Source: an uncultured Verrucomicrobiae bacterium
GTDB lineage: Bacteria > Chlamydiota > Chlamydiia > Chlamydiales > Rhabdochlamydiaceae
Assembly (NCBI GenBank): GCA_963818965.1
Contig: CAWFUG010000011.1
Location: forward strand, 192,001 to 256,000
DNA: 64,000 nucleotides
Reading direction: 5' to 3'
Shown: positions 31,245 through 40,377 of the stretch, piece after piece
How the letters are laid out: every line of letters begins with the position of its first letter
Position numbering within the stretch: the stretch's first letter is position 1
Notes under the pieces: generated by a model
Told to the model about the DNA's origin: nothing
The model's database searches: none
The model's input: the letters and a program-made list of their open reading frames with translations, nothing else
Translations under genes and position numbers: made by a program

Positions 31245-32827
31245 AAATCAGGAAACTCGGGAAATTCCTTTCCCTTCTCCTTCTCCTCACTACACCCCTC
31301 TCGCCCGCCTTTGCCGCGAAAAAAAAAACAATGCCCTCGTCTCAAGTCGAAGAATTATCCGCCCTCAAATCCCTCTACCATAGCTTAGATCCCCTCTCCA
31401 TCTCCCAACAGTTAGCATTCTATGAGCTCTATCCTGAAAGCAAGGAGGGGAAATTAGCTCTGCATCGAGCTTGGGAACTCTTGAGCTCAGGTGCAGTTGA
31501 CGACAGAGAAATCGATACGCCTATTCCTAAGCTCGAACTGCAAAGCATGGTCCCCTTAATTACCCGCCAATCGTTCGATCCTCCCATCAAGCTCACAGAA
31601 GAGCAACTGAGCTTAGTTGAAAAAATCGCAGAGCGGTTACACAACCGCCGCCTCAAAGGATACGCGGCGTGGACGCGAGAAGCCGTGCTGGATCTCCCCT
31701 CAGAAGAAATCGATCTCTCCCGAGGTCTACTTCTTTTTCAATTCGATACAGACAGTCCTCATACAGAAGAAATCCGCCATTATGAAGCACTATTGGATCT
31801 CATGGCTCTTCAAATCAGAGCCCGTCTTCCGCAAGTTCCAAGCGATGAAGACAAAATTCGGGAGATCAATCGGTTTATCTTTCACGAGATGCAATTCCGC
31901 TTTCCTCCCCACTCTCTTTACGCAAACGACATCGATCTCTACACCTTTCTCCCCTCGGTTATCGATAACAGACAAGGGGTCTGCTTGGGCGTCTCGATCC
32001 TCTACCTCTCGTTAGCACAGCGTTTGGATTTACCATTAGAAATCATCACACCTCCTGGCCACATCTATCTGCGCTACCACAACGGGACTACCTTGATCAA
32101 CATCGAGACGACAGCGCGTGGGATTAATCCCCCCTCTGAGACCTACCTCGGGATCAATACACGCAAACTTCAAGAGCGCACTTTTAAAGAAGTGATCGGC
32201 TTTGCCTTCATGAACCAAGCGAGCGTGTTCTGGGCCAAACAAGAATATCCCACTGTCGTCTCTCTTTATGAAAAAGCCATCCTTTTTCTCCCCGAAGATC
32301 CCCTCCTAAAGATGCTCTTGGGATTCAACTACCTCTTCACCGGACAAAATAGTAAAGCCCACCAAATGCTCCGAGAGATCCGCGATCTGACATTCGACGA
32401 AGCTGTCTCCAAAGAGACGATGGCGGAAGACTATTTAAATGCAAAAATCGATAGCAATGGACTTAAAGCAGTTTTTCTCTCTGTCGATGAAACGAGAGAA
32501 TCGATCGTTGCAAAACAAAAAGAATTGCAAGGCATTTTGAAAAAACACCCCCATTTTCGCGCAGGACTTCTCCAACTCGCGACGACATGGCTTCAGCTAG
32601 GAAGACAGAATGAAGCACGGGAAGTGCTCCAACGCTACCAAAAAATCGACCAGACGAACGCGATCATCGAATACTACCTGGCCGTCCTCTCTCTCATGCG
32701 CTACGACCACAACCTCGCGTGGAATTACCTCAAACAAGCAGAGCACTTAACGGCTGCACGTGGCCACTCTCCCAAAGTTCTCTCCTCTTTGCGCGAAAGC
32801 TTGCGCAGAGTATCTCCCGAACCTTAA
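31241..32827 (+). CDS. exported SirB1/transglutaminase-like protein with TPR-like region
   Basis: Signal peptide (..SPAFA); RQGVCLGVSILYLSLAQRL-LPL...PGHIYLRY...NIETT. Confidence 0.75.
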   Translation: MKIRKLGKFLSLLLLLTTPLSPAFAAKKKTMPSSQVEELSALKSLYHSLDPLSISQQLAFYELYPESKEGKLALHRAWELLSSGAVDDREIDTPIPKLELQSMVPLITRQSFDPPIKLTEEQLSLVEKIAERLHNRRLKGYAAWTREAVLDLPSEEIDLSRGLLLFQFDTDSPHTEEIRHYEALLDLMALQIRARLPQVPSDEDKIREINRFIFHEMQFRFPPHSLYANDIDLYTFLPSVIDNRQGVCLGVSILYLSLAQRLDLPLEIITPPGHIYLRYHNGTTLINIETTARGINPPSETYLGINTRKLQERTFKEVIGFAFMNQASVFWAKQEYPTVVSLYEKAILFLPEDPLLKMLLGFNYLFTGQNSKAHQMLREIRDLTFDEAVSKETMAEDYLNAKIDSNGLKAVFLSVDETRESIVAKQKELQGILKKHPHFRAGLLQLATTWLQLGRQNEAREVLQRYQKIDQTNAIIEYYLAVLSLMRYDHNLAWNYLKQAEHLTAARGHSPKVLSSLRESLRRVSPEP

Positions 32828-32835
32828 AAGTCTGT

Positions 32836-33046
32836 CTATACCCCTTCCACCTCAATCGTAACCACAAGCAAACCGATTAAAAGCTTCGAATTTGGCCAGC
32901 GCGAAAACTCCCCATCATTCCATTCTGAATATACGCAATCTCACCACAGAGATGGAAAACCACAGAGAGGAAATTCATATTAAAAAATTCCCTCTCTGTG
33001 GTTTTCCATCTCTGTGGTGAGATTCAACTATTTATGCAACAACGCC
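32836..33046. mobile_element. composite MITE: TATAC arm + core of the 43378 element + ACCACAGAG palindrome with IS903-like end
   Basis: First 49 bp identical to the reverse complement of the 43320 end; GAATTTGGCCAGCGCGAAAACTCCC matches the 43378 core at 23/25; ends TATTTATGCAACAACGCC. Confidence 0.82.
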
Positions 33047-33075
33047 GACAGACTCTGAACCTTTTAAAAAAATAC

Positions 33076-33103
33076 TTGCGCATAAAGGCAAATATTTTAT
33101 CAT
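33076..33103 (+). promoter_or_regulatory. putative porin promoter
   Basis: TTGCGC-16 nt-TATCAT with an A-tract upstream; GAGG RBS before ATG 33139. Confidence 0.4.
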
Positions 33104-33138
33104 GCAGACAGGAAACCTAAATCTTTCAAAGAGGTCGT

Positions 33139-34209
33139 ATGAAGAAATATAGTCTGATGTGTCTACCGATCGTCTGCGCGGCAATGCTGCCTCTTAGCGC
33201 AGATGTCGCAAGAACAAATCAACATCCATCTAAGCAAAATATGCAAAATCGCTCGATGGGCAGCAACGAAATTACGCCGCCAGCCCCTCCCCTCGTCAAA
33301 CACTGTGCAGATCCATTTCTGTCGGCTGAGTACATCTATTGGAGAACGAACCAGCAAGGCCTCGATTACGCCGTTTCTGGAATCGCACTGAATGCAGGAA
33401 GCTCAGAGCGAAAGGGAAGGGTCTATTCTCCTCGCATGGAGTACAGCTCTGGTTTTAAAGTCGGATTCGGCTTGAAGTTCAGACACGACAGCTGGGATTT
33501 ATACGCAAACTACACATGGCTGCGCCCAGAAAGTAAAAAAAGCTCGACTACGCAACGCGATGGACAAGATCTCCAAGCTACTTGGCGCGATGGCTTTAAT
33601 ATTTTCGGGGGAGGAATCCTCGCTGAAGTAGCGAAAGCATCTAGCTCTTGGAATATGGAATTCAACGCCTTGGATCTAGAATTGGGACGCAATTATTTCA
33701 TCAGCCGTCGCCTGACCTTGAGACCCTTCTTCGGCTTGAAATTCGCTTGGATCGATCAAGACATAAAGGTCCATTATAAAAACGTAATCGCATTCAATAA
33801 CGAATATAGATATAAATTAGACCAAGACCAGTTTGGCGTCGGTATCCGTACCGGTTTGAACACTGCTTGGTTCATGTGGAATAAGTGGAGCATCTACGGA
33901 AACTTCGCTATTTCCGCTCTCTATAACGATTTTGACAACCATCAAAAAATGACCTATCAGGATCCTGGTATTAAGTTCGATCACATGAATTTCAAACGGG
34001 ATACACACCGCGTATCTCCTGTTCTAGAACTCGGTTTAGGGCTGCGCTTTGAAACCGACTTCTATGAAGACAACTACCAGTTCCTCCTTCAAGCGGGTTG
34101 GGAAGAGCAAGTTTGGTTTGATCAGAACCAATTCTTCAACCTCCAAGATAATACAGAAGGTAACATGTCTCTGGAAGGATTGACAATCAAAGCTAGCTTT
34201 AGCTTCTAA
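33139..34209 (+). CDS. MOMP-like / Lpg1974-family outer membrane beta-barrel porin
   Basis: Signal peptide, EYIYWR..QGLDY, GFKVGFG, HDSWDLYANYTW, LDLELGRNYF, GWEEQVWFDQNQF and terminal F. Confidence 0.85.
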   Translation: MKKYSLMCLPIVCAAMLPLSADVARTNQHPSKQNMQNRSMGSNEITPPAPPLVKHCADPFLSAEYIYWRTNQQGLDYAVSGIALNAGSSERKGRVYSPRMEYSSGFKVGFGLKFRHDSWDLYANYTWLRPESKKSSTTQRDGQDLQATWRDGFNIFGGGILAEVAKASSSWNMEFNALDLELGRNYFISRRLTLRPFFGLKFAWIDQDIKVHYKNVIAFNNEYRYKLDQDQFGVGIRTGLNTAWFMWNKWSIYGNFAISALYNDFDNHQKMTYQDPGIKFDHMNFKRDTHRVSPVLELGLGLRFETDFYEDNYQFLLQAGWEEQVWFDQNQFFNLQDNTEGNMSLEGLTIKASFSF

Positions 34210-34229
34210 GTCGTTTCCTTAGCAAATCC

Positions 34230-34262
34230 AAGAGCCGCTCATCTGTTTTTGAGCGGCTCTTT
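34230..34262 (+). terminator. intrinsic terminator after the porin
   Basis: AAGAGCCGCTC-loop-GAGCGGCTCTT hairpin with a short T tail. Confidence 0.6.
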
Positions 34263-34278
34263 ATATACAGAGTTTTAT

Positions 34279-34824
34279 ATGAAAAATCGTTGGATTCCAA
34301 GCTTACTAACAGTGTGTGTCATTTCTCTCTCTTCTCTACAAGCCACGATTATCTTAGATGAAGTGATGTCGCAAGATGAGCAAAAAAAGACAGGGATCGA
34401 CCGACTCTCTCGCCATCAAAAATTGGCTTTCGAAGCTTGGTTAAACCAAACATTCATCCTAAAAACAGAAGCAGAAAAATCAGAATCTTCCCCCCTCTCT
34501 CTCTCGATTAATATCGATCACGGCCACAAGCTCCAATTATCAGACAATTCGATCTGGGAAATCGACCCCGCCGATAAAAACACGGCTGCTGGTTGGATCA
34601 CTCCCATTCCGGTCAAAATCGGCTCTAGCAAAAACTCCGCTTACCCCTACCTGCTCATCAACGCCACATCAGGTGTCAGCGTAAAAGCGCGCATTCCACA
34701 ACACACTCCGCCTCCACCCCACCCCGTACCTGCTCCTCAGCCTTCTGGAACCATGACTCCGGCTCCTGAAGCTACTCCTCAATCCCCTGAATCGCAACCT
34801 GCCCAACCTGCAATGAAACCTTAA
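34279..34824 (+). CDS. exported hypothetical protein with Pro-rich tail
   Basis: Signal-like N-terminus (MKNRWIPSLLTVCVISLSSLQA); EQKKTGIDRLS..QK.A.EAWL; Pro/Gln-rich C-terminus. Confidence 0.7.
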   Translation: MKNRWIPSLLTVCVISLSSLQATIILDEVMSQDEQKKTGIDRLSRHQKLAFEAWLNQTFILKTEAEKSESSPLSLSINIDHGHKLQLSDNSIWEIDPADKNTAAGWITPIPVKIGSSKNSAYPYLLINATSGVSVKARIPQHTPPPPHPVPAPQPSGTMTPAPEATPQSPESQPAQPAMKP

Positions 34825-34856
34825 ATTTCAGCGGCGGCTTTGACGCCGCTGAAATG
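34825..34856. terminator. hairpin / probable terminator
   Basis: ATTTCAGCGGCG-7 nt-CGCCGCTGAAAT directly after the stop codon. Confidence 0.5.
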
Positions 34857-34872
34857 CAAGTTATCGTATTAA

Positions 34873-34902
34873 TTGACATATCCCCTTTCCTCGAGGTATG
34901 AT
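34873..34902 (+). promoter_or_regulatory. putative sigma70-type promoter
   Basis: TTGACA-18 nt-TATGAT upstream of the ORF at 34917. Confidence 0.55.
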
Positions 34903-34916
34903 TTGTACCCCAAAGA

Positions 34917-35831
34917 ATGGAACGATCTGCTCTCATGAATTTTTCATCTCCGATCCTCAAACGCCTTCTCAAAATCATCCTTGTAGGAGCTGCCCTATTT
35001 GGACTCCATCTCTTCTGTGAGATAAAAACGGAAGGGTTTCGCTTTTATCAGCTCCTCTCCGATCTGCCCAATGATCCCCGTTGGGAAGTGCCCCCTTTAT
35101 CGAAAGAAGAGCAAGACGCGATCTCGACCCGCCTTAATCAGACGTTTACTTACTTAGGCCATGGCGGCTGGTGCTATGCTTTTTTAGGAGAAGATAAAAA
35201 AACTGTCTTAAAGTTCTACAAGCACAGCCATCTCAGCCCGAAGGAAATGCTCCGCCATTTCCATTTTGAAAACCTCTTTCTCAAAGCCCCCTCTTGGACG
35301 GGAGAGACGGTCTTTTTTCAAGAGTTCAATTTCAAAAGCTGCATGCTCCTCTATACCCAAGCAAAAGAGCGGACCGGAATCCTCTATGTTCACCTCAATA
35401 AAACGGAGCACAAGCACCCAACCGTCACCCTGATCGACCCCATCGGCGTCCGCCATATTCTCGATCTCGATCAAACAGAATTCATCGTCCAAGAAAAAGC
35501 AGAACTCTTAACCCCCCATCTCGATCAATTGATGCGAGACAAAAAGCTCACTGAAGCCAAGGACTGCATCGACGAACTCTTTTCTTGTCTTCTCACATTC
35601 TACTCAAGGGGAATTCGGGACTTAGATCGCTCGATCCGAAAAAATTTCGGATTCGTCGGCCATAAAGCGATCTCTTTAGACCTCAGTTCCTTTGTTAACG
35701 ACGAATCCCTAAAAGACCCCACCTCACATAAAACAGAAATCAGCCTCAAAACACACAGGATCGCCCGCTGGCTAAGAAAATACCACCCGGAACTACATGC
35801 CTACTATGAAGACCGTCTGCAGACACTCTAG
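34917..35831 (+). CDS. membrane-anchored protein-kinase-like-fold protein (paralog A)
   Basis: N-terminal TM; YLGHGGWCYAF, VLKFYK, GIRDLD..IRKNFG and ISLDL. Confidence 0.6.
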   Translation: MERSALMNFSSPILKRLLKIILVGAALFGLHLFCEIKTEGFRFYQLLSDLPNDPRWEVPPLSKEEQDAISTRLNQTFTYLGHGGWCYAFLGEDKKTVLKFYKHSHLSPKEMLRHFHFENLFLKAPSWTGETVFFQEFNFKSCMLLYTQAKERTGILYVHLNKTEHKHPTVTLIDPIGVRHILDLDQTEFIVQEKAELLTPHLDQLMRDKKLTEAKDCIDELFSCLLTFYSRGIRDLDRSIRKNFGFVGHKAISLDLSSFVNDESLKDPTSHKTEISLKTHRIARWLRKYHPELHAYYEDRLQTL

Positions 35832-36708
35832 AGGCCTTTTCTTGGCTCTTTTGCTCTTTTCGATTCTCCTAGTTCGAATGGATCGCCTATTCTTTAAAAG
35901 AGCCCATAGCTTCTGCTCCCATTTTATCCACAGCTCTTTTCCCAACGCAAACCTGTTTGCACTCCCTGCTCCAACAGAGGAGGAACTCAACCAACTCGAT
36001 ACCATTTTAAAGCAGAAGTTCCACTACCTCGCCAAGGGGACACATTGTTTCGCCTTCCTCTCTGAAGACCAAAATTACGTCATCAAACTCCATCGCTTCC
36101 CCTCTCACTTACGCCTCTTTCCCTGGCTAACCCACCCTTTCCGCTACCAATTCAATGAAAAACGAAAAAAAATCAAAGAATACAACATCCAAAGACTGCA
36201 GTATCACCTAACTAACTACAAAAACAGCTTTTTAGACCTCAAAGAAGAAACAGGACTGATTCTCGTTCACACGAATCGGACAAACACCCTAAAACAGTTC
36301 GTAACCCTCATCGATAAAACGGATGCAGAGCATCGCGTTTGCTTAGATGATACGACCTATATTCTACAAAAAAGGGCAGATCTCATCTATCCCACCTTGA
36401 ATCGCCTCTATACAGAGAAAAAATTCGAAGAAGCTAAAAGTGTCATCTCAAGCATCATCCAACTCATCACAACCTGTTGTAAAAAGGGCTACATCGATGC
36501 AGACCCCGTCCTGAGAAAAAATTACGGGCTGATCGGGCTCAAAGCCATTCACATCGACATCGGCGATCTCATCCATCGCGAAGGAATACAAGAGCGAGAC
36601 AACTACATTCCTCACGTAAAGGAGATGACCGAAAGTTTCCGCCAGCACATCGCAATCGAATATCCAGAACTCCTCTCCCACTATTACCAAGAGATCGCTT
36701 CGCTCTAG
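35797..36708 (+). CDS. membrane-anchored protein-kinase-like-fold protein (paralog B)
   Basis: N-terminal TM; YLAKGTHCFAF, VIKL, GYIDADP.LRKNYG and IHIDIGDL; collinear with paralog A. Confidence 0.6.
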   Translation: MPTMKTVCRHSRGLFLALLLFSILLVRMDRLFFKRAHSFCSHFIHSSFPNANLFALPAPTEEELNQLDTILKQKFHYLAKGTHCFAFLSEDQNYVIKLHRFPSHLRLFPWLTHPFRYQFNEKRKKIKEYNIQRLQYHLTNYKNSFLDLKEETGLILVHTNRTNTLKQFVTLIDKTDAEHRVCLDDTTYILQKRADLIYPTLNRLYTEKKFEEAKSVISSIIQLITTCCKKGYIDADPVLRKNYGLIGLKAIHIDIGDLIHREGIQERDNYIPHVKEMTESFRQHIAIEYPELLSHYYQEIASL

Positions 36709-36862
36709 CGTATAGGTATAAAACTGCTTGCCAAATATTTCAGATGAAACGTAAACTTTTTCTCGAAGTTTTTCTCCTTAAAGAACGGACCGCTCATCGC
36801 AGCTTTTCCCTTTAAGCGAGGGTAATACTTTCAAAAACATCAACCTTAAGAGGTATCCCGCC

Positions 36863-37837
36863 ATGGCCACTCCAATCCCATCTCCAAGCTCATCACTAAG
36901 CTCGTTACCAACAAATACTTCTAGTTCCCTTCACAAACAAACCCCTCCAGCATCGCTCCACTCATCTCAACACGCTACAGCTAAAACAACAACGGGTTTA
37001 GCCAAAAAGATCCCATTTACCCCAACAACAACAACTACTTCTAAGACTCCTGCTTCCTCTGATTTATCCAATTCTGTCAGATTGAACTGGAAGAATCTGT
37101 TCGTTGATGAAGACTCACCTGTACAAAGCACATCGAAAGCTGGTCATTCTAAACACACACAAAAATCGCACGAGAGCTCTACAAAGAGCAGCAAATTTAT
37201 AAAAGAATCGGATAAAGCGAGCTCTAAATCCAAGGATAAAGAAACGAGCAAGATCTCTTCGAAATCTGGACGTACGCTCACATCGAGCTGGCTTGAAAGT
37301 TCTTCGGAAGAAGACGACGGATTATGGACATCCGCTCGATTCCAAAAGATACCTGAAGCGAGTCTCAAAATAAGTAAAAAAACGAGTTCAGAATCATCGG
37401 AAGCGTCTGAAGAAACCGATGAAACTTCCCTCCTGGACTTGCTTTCGCGAGATGGAAAAGCAGAACACTCTCTGGACAAGTTCTATGGCACTGATGAAGA
37501 GACCGATGCTCGCATAAAAAATACTCTTCAGCTGTCCTCTTTTGAGATCCGTTTAGACTTAACAGGGCGCCCTGACCTTTTTGATGAGCCTATTGAATTG
37601 CAGCTAACAGCTGGAGGACAGCTCCAACCAAATCTTCTTCAGCAACATCAAGACAGCTCAAAAGAACATCGCATCTTTCACCTTATAACAACAGGTGATA
37701 TCGAGTTCCAACCGCTACTTCACGTTCAAAACCAAATTCAGAATCTAGAGACAAACGAATCTGGAATAGTCCCCTTCACTAAAGCTAAATACGTGAATAT
37801 TCTTTACCTCACTCCAAAGGATGCAAGCGCTCCTTAA
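36863..37837 (+). CDS. Ser/Thr/Lys-rich low-complexity hypothetical protein (T3SS effector candidate)
   Basis: GAGG RBS; N-terminus MATPIPSPSSSLSSLPTNTSSS; first ~190 aa disordered in composition. Confidence 0.6.
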   Translation: MATPIPSPSSSLSSLPTNTSSSLHKQTPPASLHSSQHATAKTTTGLAKKIPFTPTTTTTSKTPASSDLSNSVRLNWKNLFVDEDSPVQSTSKAGHSKHTQKSHESSTKSSKFIKESDKASSKSKDKETSKISSKSGRTLTSSWLESSSEEDDGLWTSARFQKIPEASLKISKKTSSESSEASEETDETSLLDLLSRDGKAEHSLDKFYGTDEETDARIKNTLQLSSFEIRLDLTGRPDLFDEPIELQLTAGGQLQPNLLQQHQDSSKEHRIFHLITTGDIEFQPLLHVQNQIQNLETNESGIVPFTKAKYVNILYLTPKDASAP

Positions 37838-37844
37838 AAGTGAG

Positions 37845-38014
37845 CTATACTGCGCCCGGTTAGGAATTGCTAATTTGAGCTTTTGATCAGCCCCCGGGAT
37901 TCCACGATCGAAAAGGGGGCCAGTATTGAGGAAATACAGGCCCCCTTTTCGATCGTGGAATCCCGGAGCTTATGTACCGCTCAAATTAGCAATTCCTGAC
38001 CGGGCGCAGTATAG
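37845..38014. mobile_element. 170-bp TATAC-family palindromic element
   Basis: CTATACTGCGCCCGGTTAGGAATTGCTAATTTGAGC...GCTCAAATTAGCAATTCCTGACCGGGCGCAGTATAG with an inner stem CCGGGATTCCACGATCGAAAAGGGGGCC / GGCCCCCTTTTCGATCGTGGAATCCCGG. Confidence 0.85.
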
Positions 38015-38024
38015 GGCCTTTGAC

Positions 38025-38062
38025 AAAAGGCGCCAGCGCGTTCTACGCGCTGGCGCCTTTTT
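38025..38062. terminator. bidirectional intrinsic terminator
   Basis: AAAAGGCGCCAGCGCG-TTCTA-CGCGCTGGCGCCTTTT between convergent genes. Confidence 0.8.
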
Positions 38063-38529
38063 TATTCTTTCGGGAGAAAGTCTTTAAATTGAGATTGCAA
38101 AGAAGAAGGAACGACCTCTTCGATCGCTGATTTATCGTACATGAGGAAGTAAGTACACGCGATCATGATGCCAAAAGAGGGGCTAAAGAGAGCGACGAAA
38201 AGGGAAATACCGCACACGAGCGAGCGGCGCAAGGAGAGCCACGCGTGGTCTCTAAAGCGAGCAAAACGCTCCTTTCCCAACACAAACTGCAAAAGCACCC
38301 CACACAATAAACGCCCTAGCGCATAGAGCGCCCAAAAGAGATCTGCGAGCAGCAACAGGAAAAAAAAGAGACGCGCTGCCAGTGAAGAAAAAAACCGTCC
38401 CCGCCCTTCTGTGGATTCCCCCGGCGCCTCCGTTGCCCCATACTCTTTTGATTCCGCTTCTTTTAAAGCGCAAGGTACCTCACACTCATTTATCTCTTTT
38501 TCCACACTGGAAATATCGTAAATCGCCAT
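38062..38529 (-). CDS. hypothetical membrane protein
   Basis: 155-aa ORF with 2-3 hydrophobic segments, downstream of sthA. Confidence 0.7.
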   Translation of the reverse strand: MAIYDISSVEKEINECEVPCALKEAESKEYGATEAPGESTEGRGRFFSSLAARLFFFLLLLADLFWALYALGRLLCGVLLQFVLGKERFARFRDHAWLSLRRSLVCGISLFVALFSPSFGIMIACTYFLMYDKSAIEEVVPSSLQSQFKDFLPKE

Positions 38530-38551
38530 ACTATTTATTCTCTATTTCTTG

Positions 38552-38584
38552 CTATACCCAAGTGGACTCAAAAGTTGGGTATAG
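38552..38584. repeat. 33-bp mini TATAC element flanked by a 13-bp direct repeat
   Basis: CTATACCCAAGTGGACTCAAAAGTTGGGTATAG between TCTCTATTTCTTG copies at 38539-38551 and 38585-38597. Confidence 0.8.
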
Positions 38585-38587
38585 TCT

Positions 38588-39991
38588 CTATTTCTTGTGC
38601 TTGATCTTGTTAAATCCGTTTAACGCCGCAATCCGATACCCTTCGGCGAAGGTCGGATAGTTAAACACTTGATCGATAAAATAATCGATCCGCGCATTGA
38701 AACTCATCGCCACTTGTCCGATATGGATCACCTCTGTCGCCGCTCTTCCAATGATGTGAATGCCTAAGATTTCTAAAGTCTCCGCATGAAAGAGAATCTT
38801 AAACATCCCCGGATCATTTCCGATGATCTGATTGCGGGCGATCTCGTAGTAGTACGCTCTGCCGATCTCATAGCGAAAGCCAAGTTTCTTGAGCTGATTT
38901 TCAGTATACCCGCAGGAAGAAATTTCTGGAATCGTATAAATGCCGATCGGATACAATTCAGGAAAATGGTGCGTCTGTGCACCGAAGGCGTGGCGCGCGG
39001 CAAGTCTGCCCTGCTCCATACTCGTCGATGCCAATGCAGGCGCTCCAATCACATCTCCCGCTGCATAAATGTGAGGGACTGCCGTCTGAAACAAGGCATT
39101 CACAGGGATGTACCCAAATCGATCGAGAGAAATGCCCAGTGTTTCGATTTCAAGTCCATCGACATTCGCCTCTCTACCTAATGCGTAGAGCAACATCTCC
39201 GCTTCCACTTTTAATCCATCTTTAAGCGTCACCTCGACACCCTCTCCCGTCTTTCGGATCGTCTCTACTTCTCGATTTCCCAACACCTTTAATCCGATTG
39301 CATTGAGCGCTTTTTGCAAGTGCATTCCGATCTCTGTATCGAGAAGGGGTAAGAGATGTTCCCGTTTGTCGATGACAGTCACTTCAGTGCCTAAAGCGGC
39401 AAAAAAACTCGCATACTCAGAACCGATGATCCCGCCGCCTAAAACGATCAATGTCTTGGGAACGTGATCGATCGAAAGAAGGCGTGTCGAATCCAAAATC
39501 TTTTCATTGTCGAAAGGGACGTGAGTTGGATTGCGCGGTTTAGATCCCGTTGCGATCAAATAGAATTCTGCCGTAATCCGACAAAAAGGGCCCACTCCAT
39601 CTAAAACTGAGATACACTTCCCATCCTCAAAACGCGCACTTCCCTTTAACAGGCGAATCCCATTCTTCTCAAACTGGCGCACCAACATCTTCCGCTGCTC
39701 TTCTAAGACAAAATTGAGCCGGTAGTTGAGATCATTGATCGACACAGCCCGTATCGCAGGATCCTGTCCATAGAAGTTTCGAGTATAGAAATCGGTTAGA
39801 TCCAGGATCGCCTCCCTTAAGGATTTCGAAGGGATCGTCCCCGAATTGAGCGAAGCACCTCCCGGATAGGAATCTTTTTCGATGACGATTACACTCTTTC
39901 CCAATTTTGCAGCTTGAATCGCCGCCTTTTGACCCGCGGGTCCTGAACCGATCACGACAAAATCTGCATACAATTCTTCCACAGAGCTCAC
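38588..39991 (-). CDS. sthA: soluble pyridine nucleotide transhydrogenase
   Basis: IGSGPAGQKAAIQAAK, GGASLNSGTIPSKSLRE (no redox Cys pair), LASTSMEQGR, GIYTIPEIS and FNYPT. Confidence 0.92.
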   Translation of the reverse strand: MSSVEELYADFVVIGSGPAGQKAAIQAAKLGKSVIVIEKDSYPGGASLNSGTIPSKSLREAILDLTDFYTRNFYGQDPAIRAVSINDLNYRLNFVLEEQRKMLVRQFEKNGIRLLKGSARFEDGKCISVLDGVGPFCRITAEFYLIATGSKPRNPTHVPFDNEKILDSTRLLSIDHVPKTLIVLGGGIIGSEYASFFAALGTEVTVIDKREHLLPLLDTEIGMHLQKALNAIGLKVLGNREVETIRKTGEGVEVTLKDGLKVEAEMLLYALGREANVDGLEIETLGISLDRFGYIPVNALFQTAVPHIYAAGDVIGAPALASTSMEQGRLAARHAFGAQTHHFPELYPIGIYTIPEISSCGYTENQLKKLGFRYEIGRAYYYEIARNQIIGNDPGMFKILFHAETLEILGIHIIGRAATEVIHIGQVAMSFNARIDYFIDQVFNYPTFAEGYRIAALNGFNKIKHKK

Positions 39992-40101
39992 TCCCTAAAC
40001 GCGCGCATTAAAATTTTAAATTACAGACACAAATATTGTTGTTCAATATGTTTTAAGCTGGTATGCTGCTGCCTTTATTACCTTTTAGGGAGAAGAAACA
40101 C

Positions 40102-40377
40102 ATGTCTAAGAAATGTCAAGTGACTGGCAAAGTCCCCGTCCGCGGCAAATCTTACGCGCTTCGCGGGATTGCAAAGAAAAAGAAAGGGATCGGCCTTAAA
40201 GTCACGGGAATCAAGCGCCGTCGCTTCCAACCTAACTTACAAAAAAAGCGCCTCTGGTTCGCTGAAGAGAATCGATTCATTTCGCTCAGAATCTCCACGA
40301 ATGCCTTGCGCACCATCGACAAAGTAGGCCTGCCTACAATCGTCAGAGAGCTCCGTGCAAAGGGAGAGACCGTTTAA
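40102..40377 (+). CDS. rpmB: 50S ribosomal protein L28
   Basis: [10 protein letters not shown]...[24 protein letters not shown] (chlamydial-type insert). Confidence 0.95.
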   Translation: MSKKCQVTGKVPVRGKSYALRGIAKKKKGIGLKVTGIKRRRFQPNLQKKRLWFAEENRFISLRISTNALRTIDKVGLPTIVRELRAKGETV

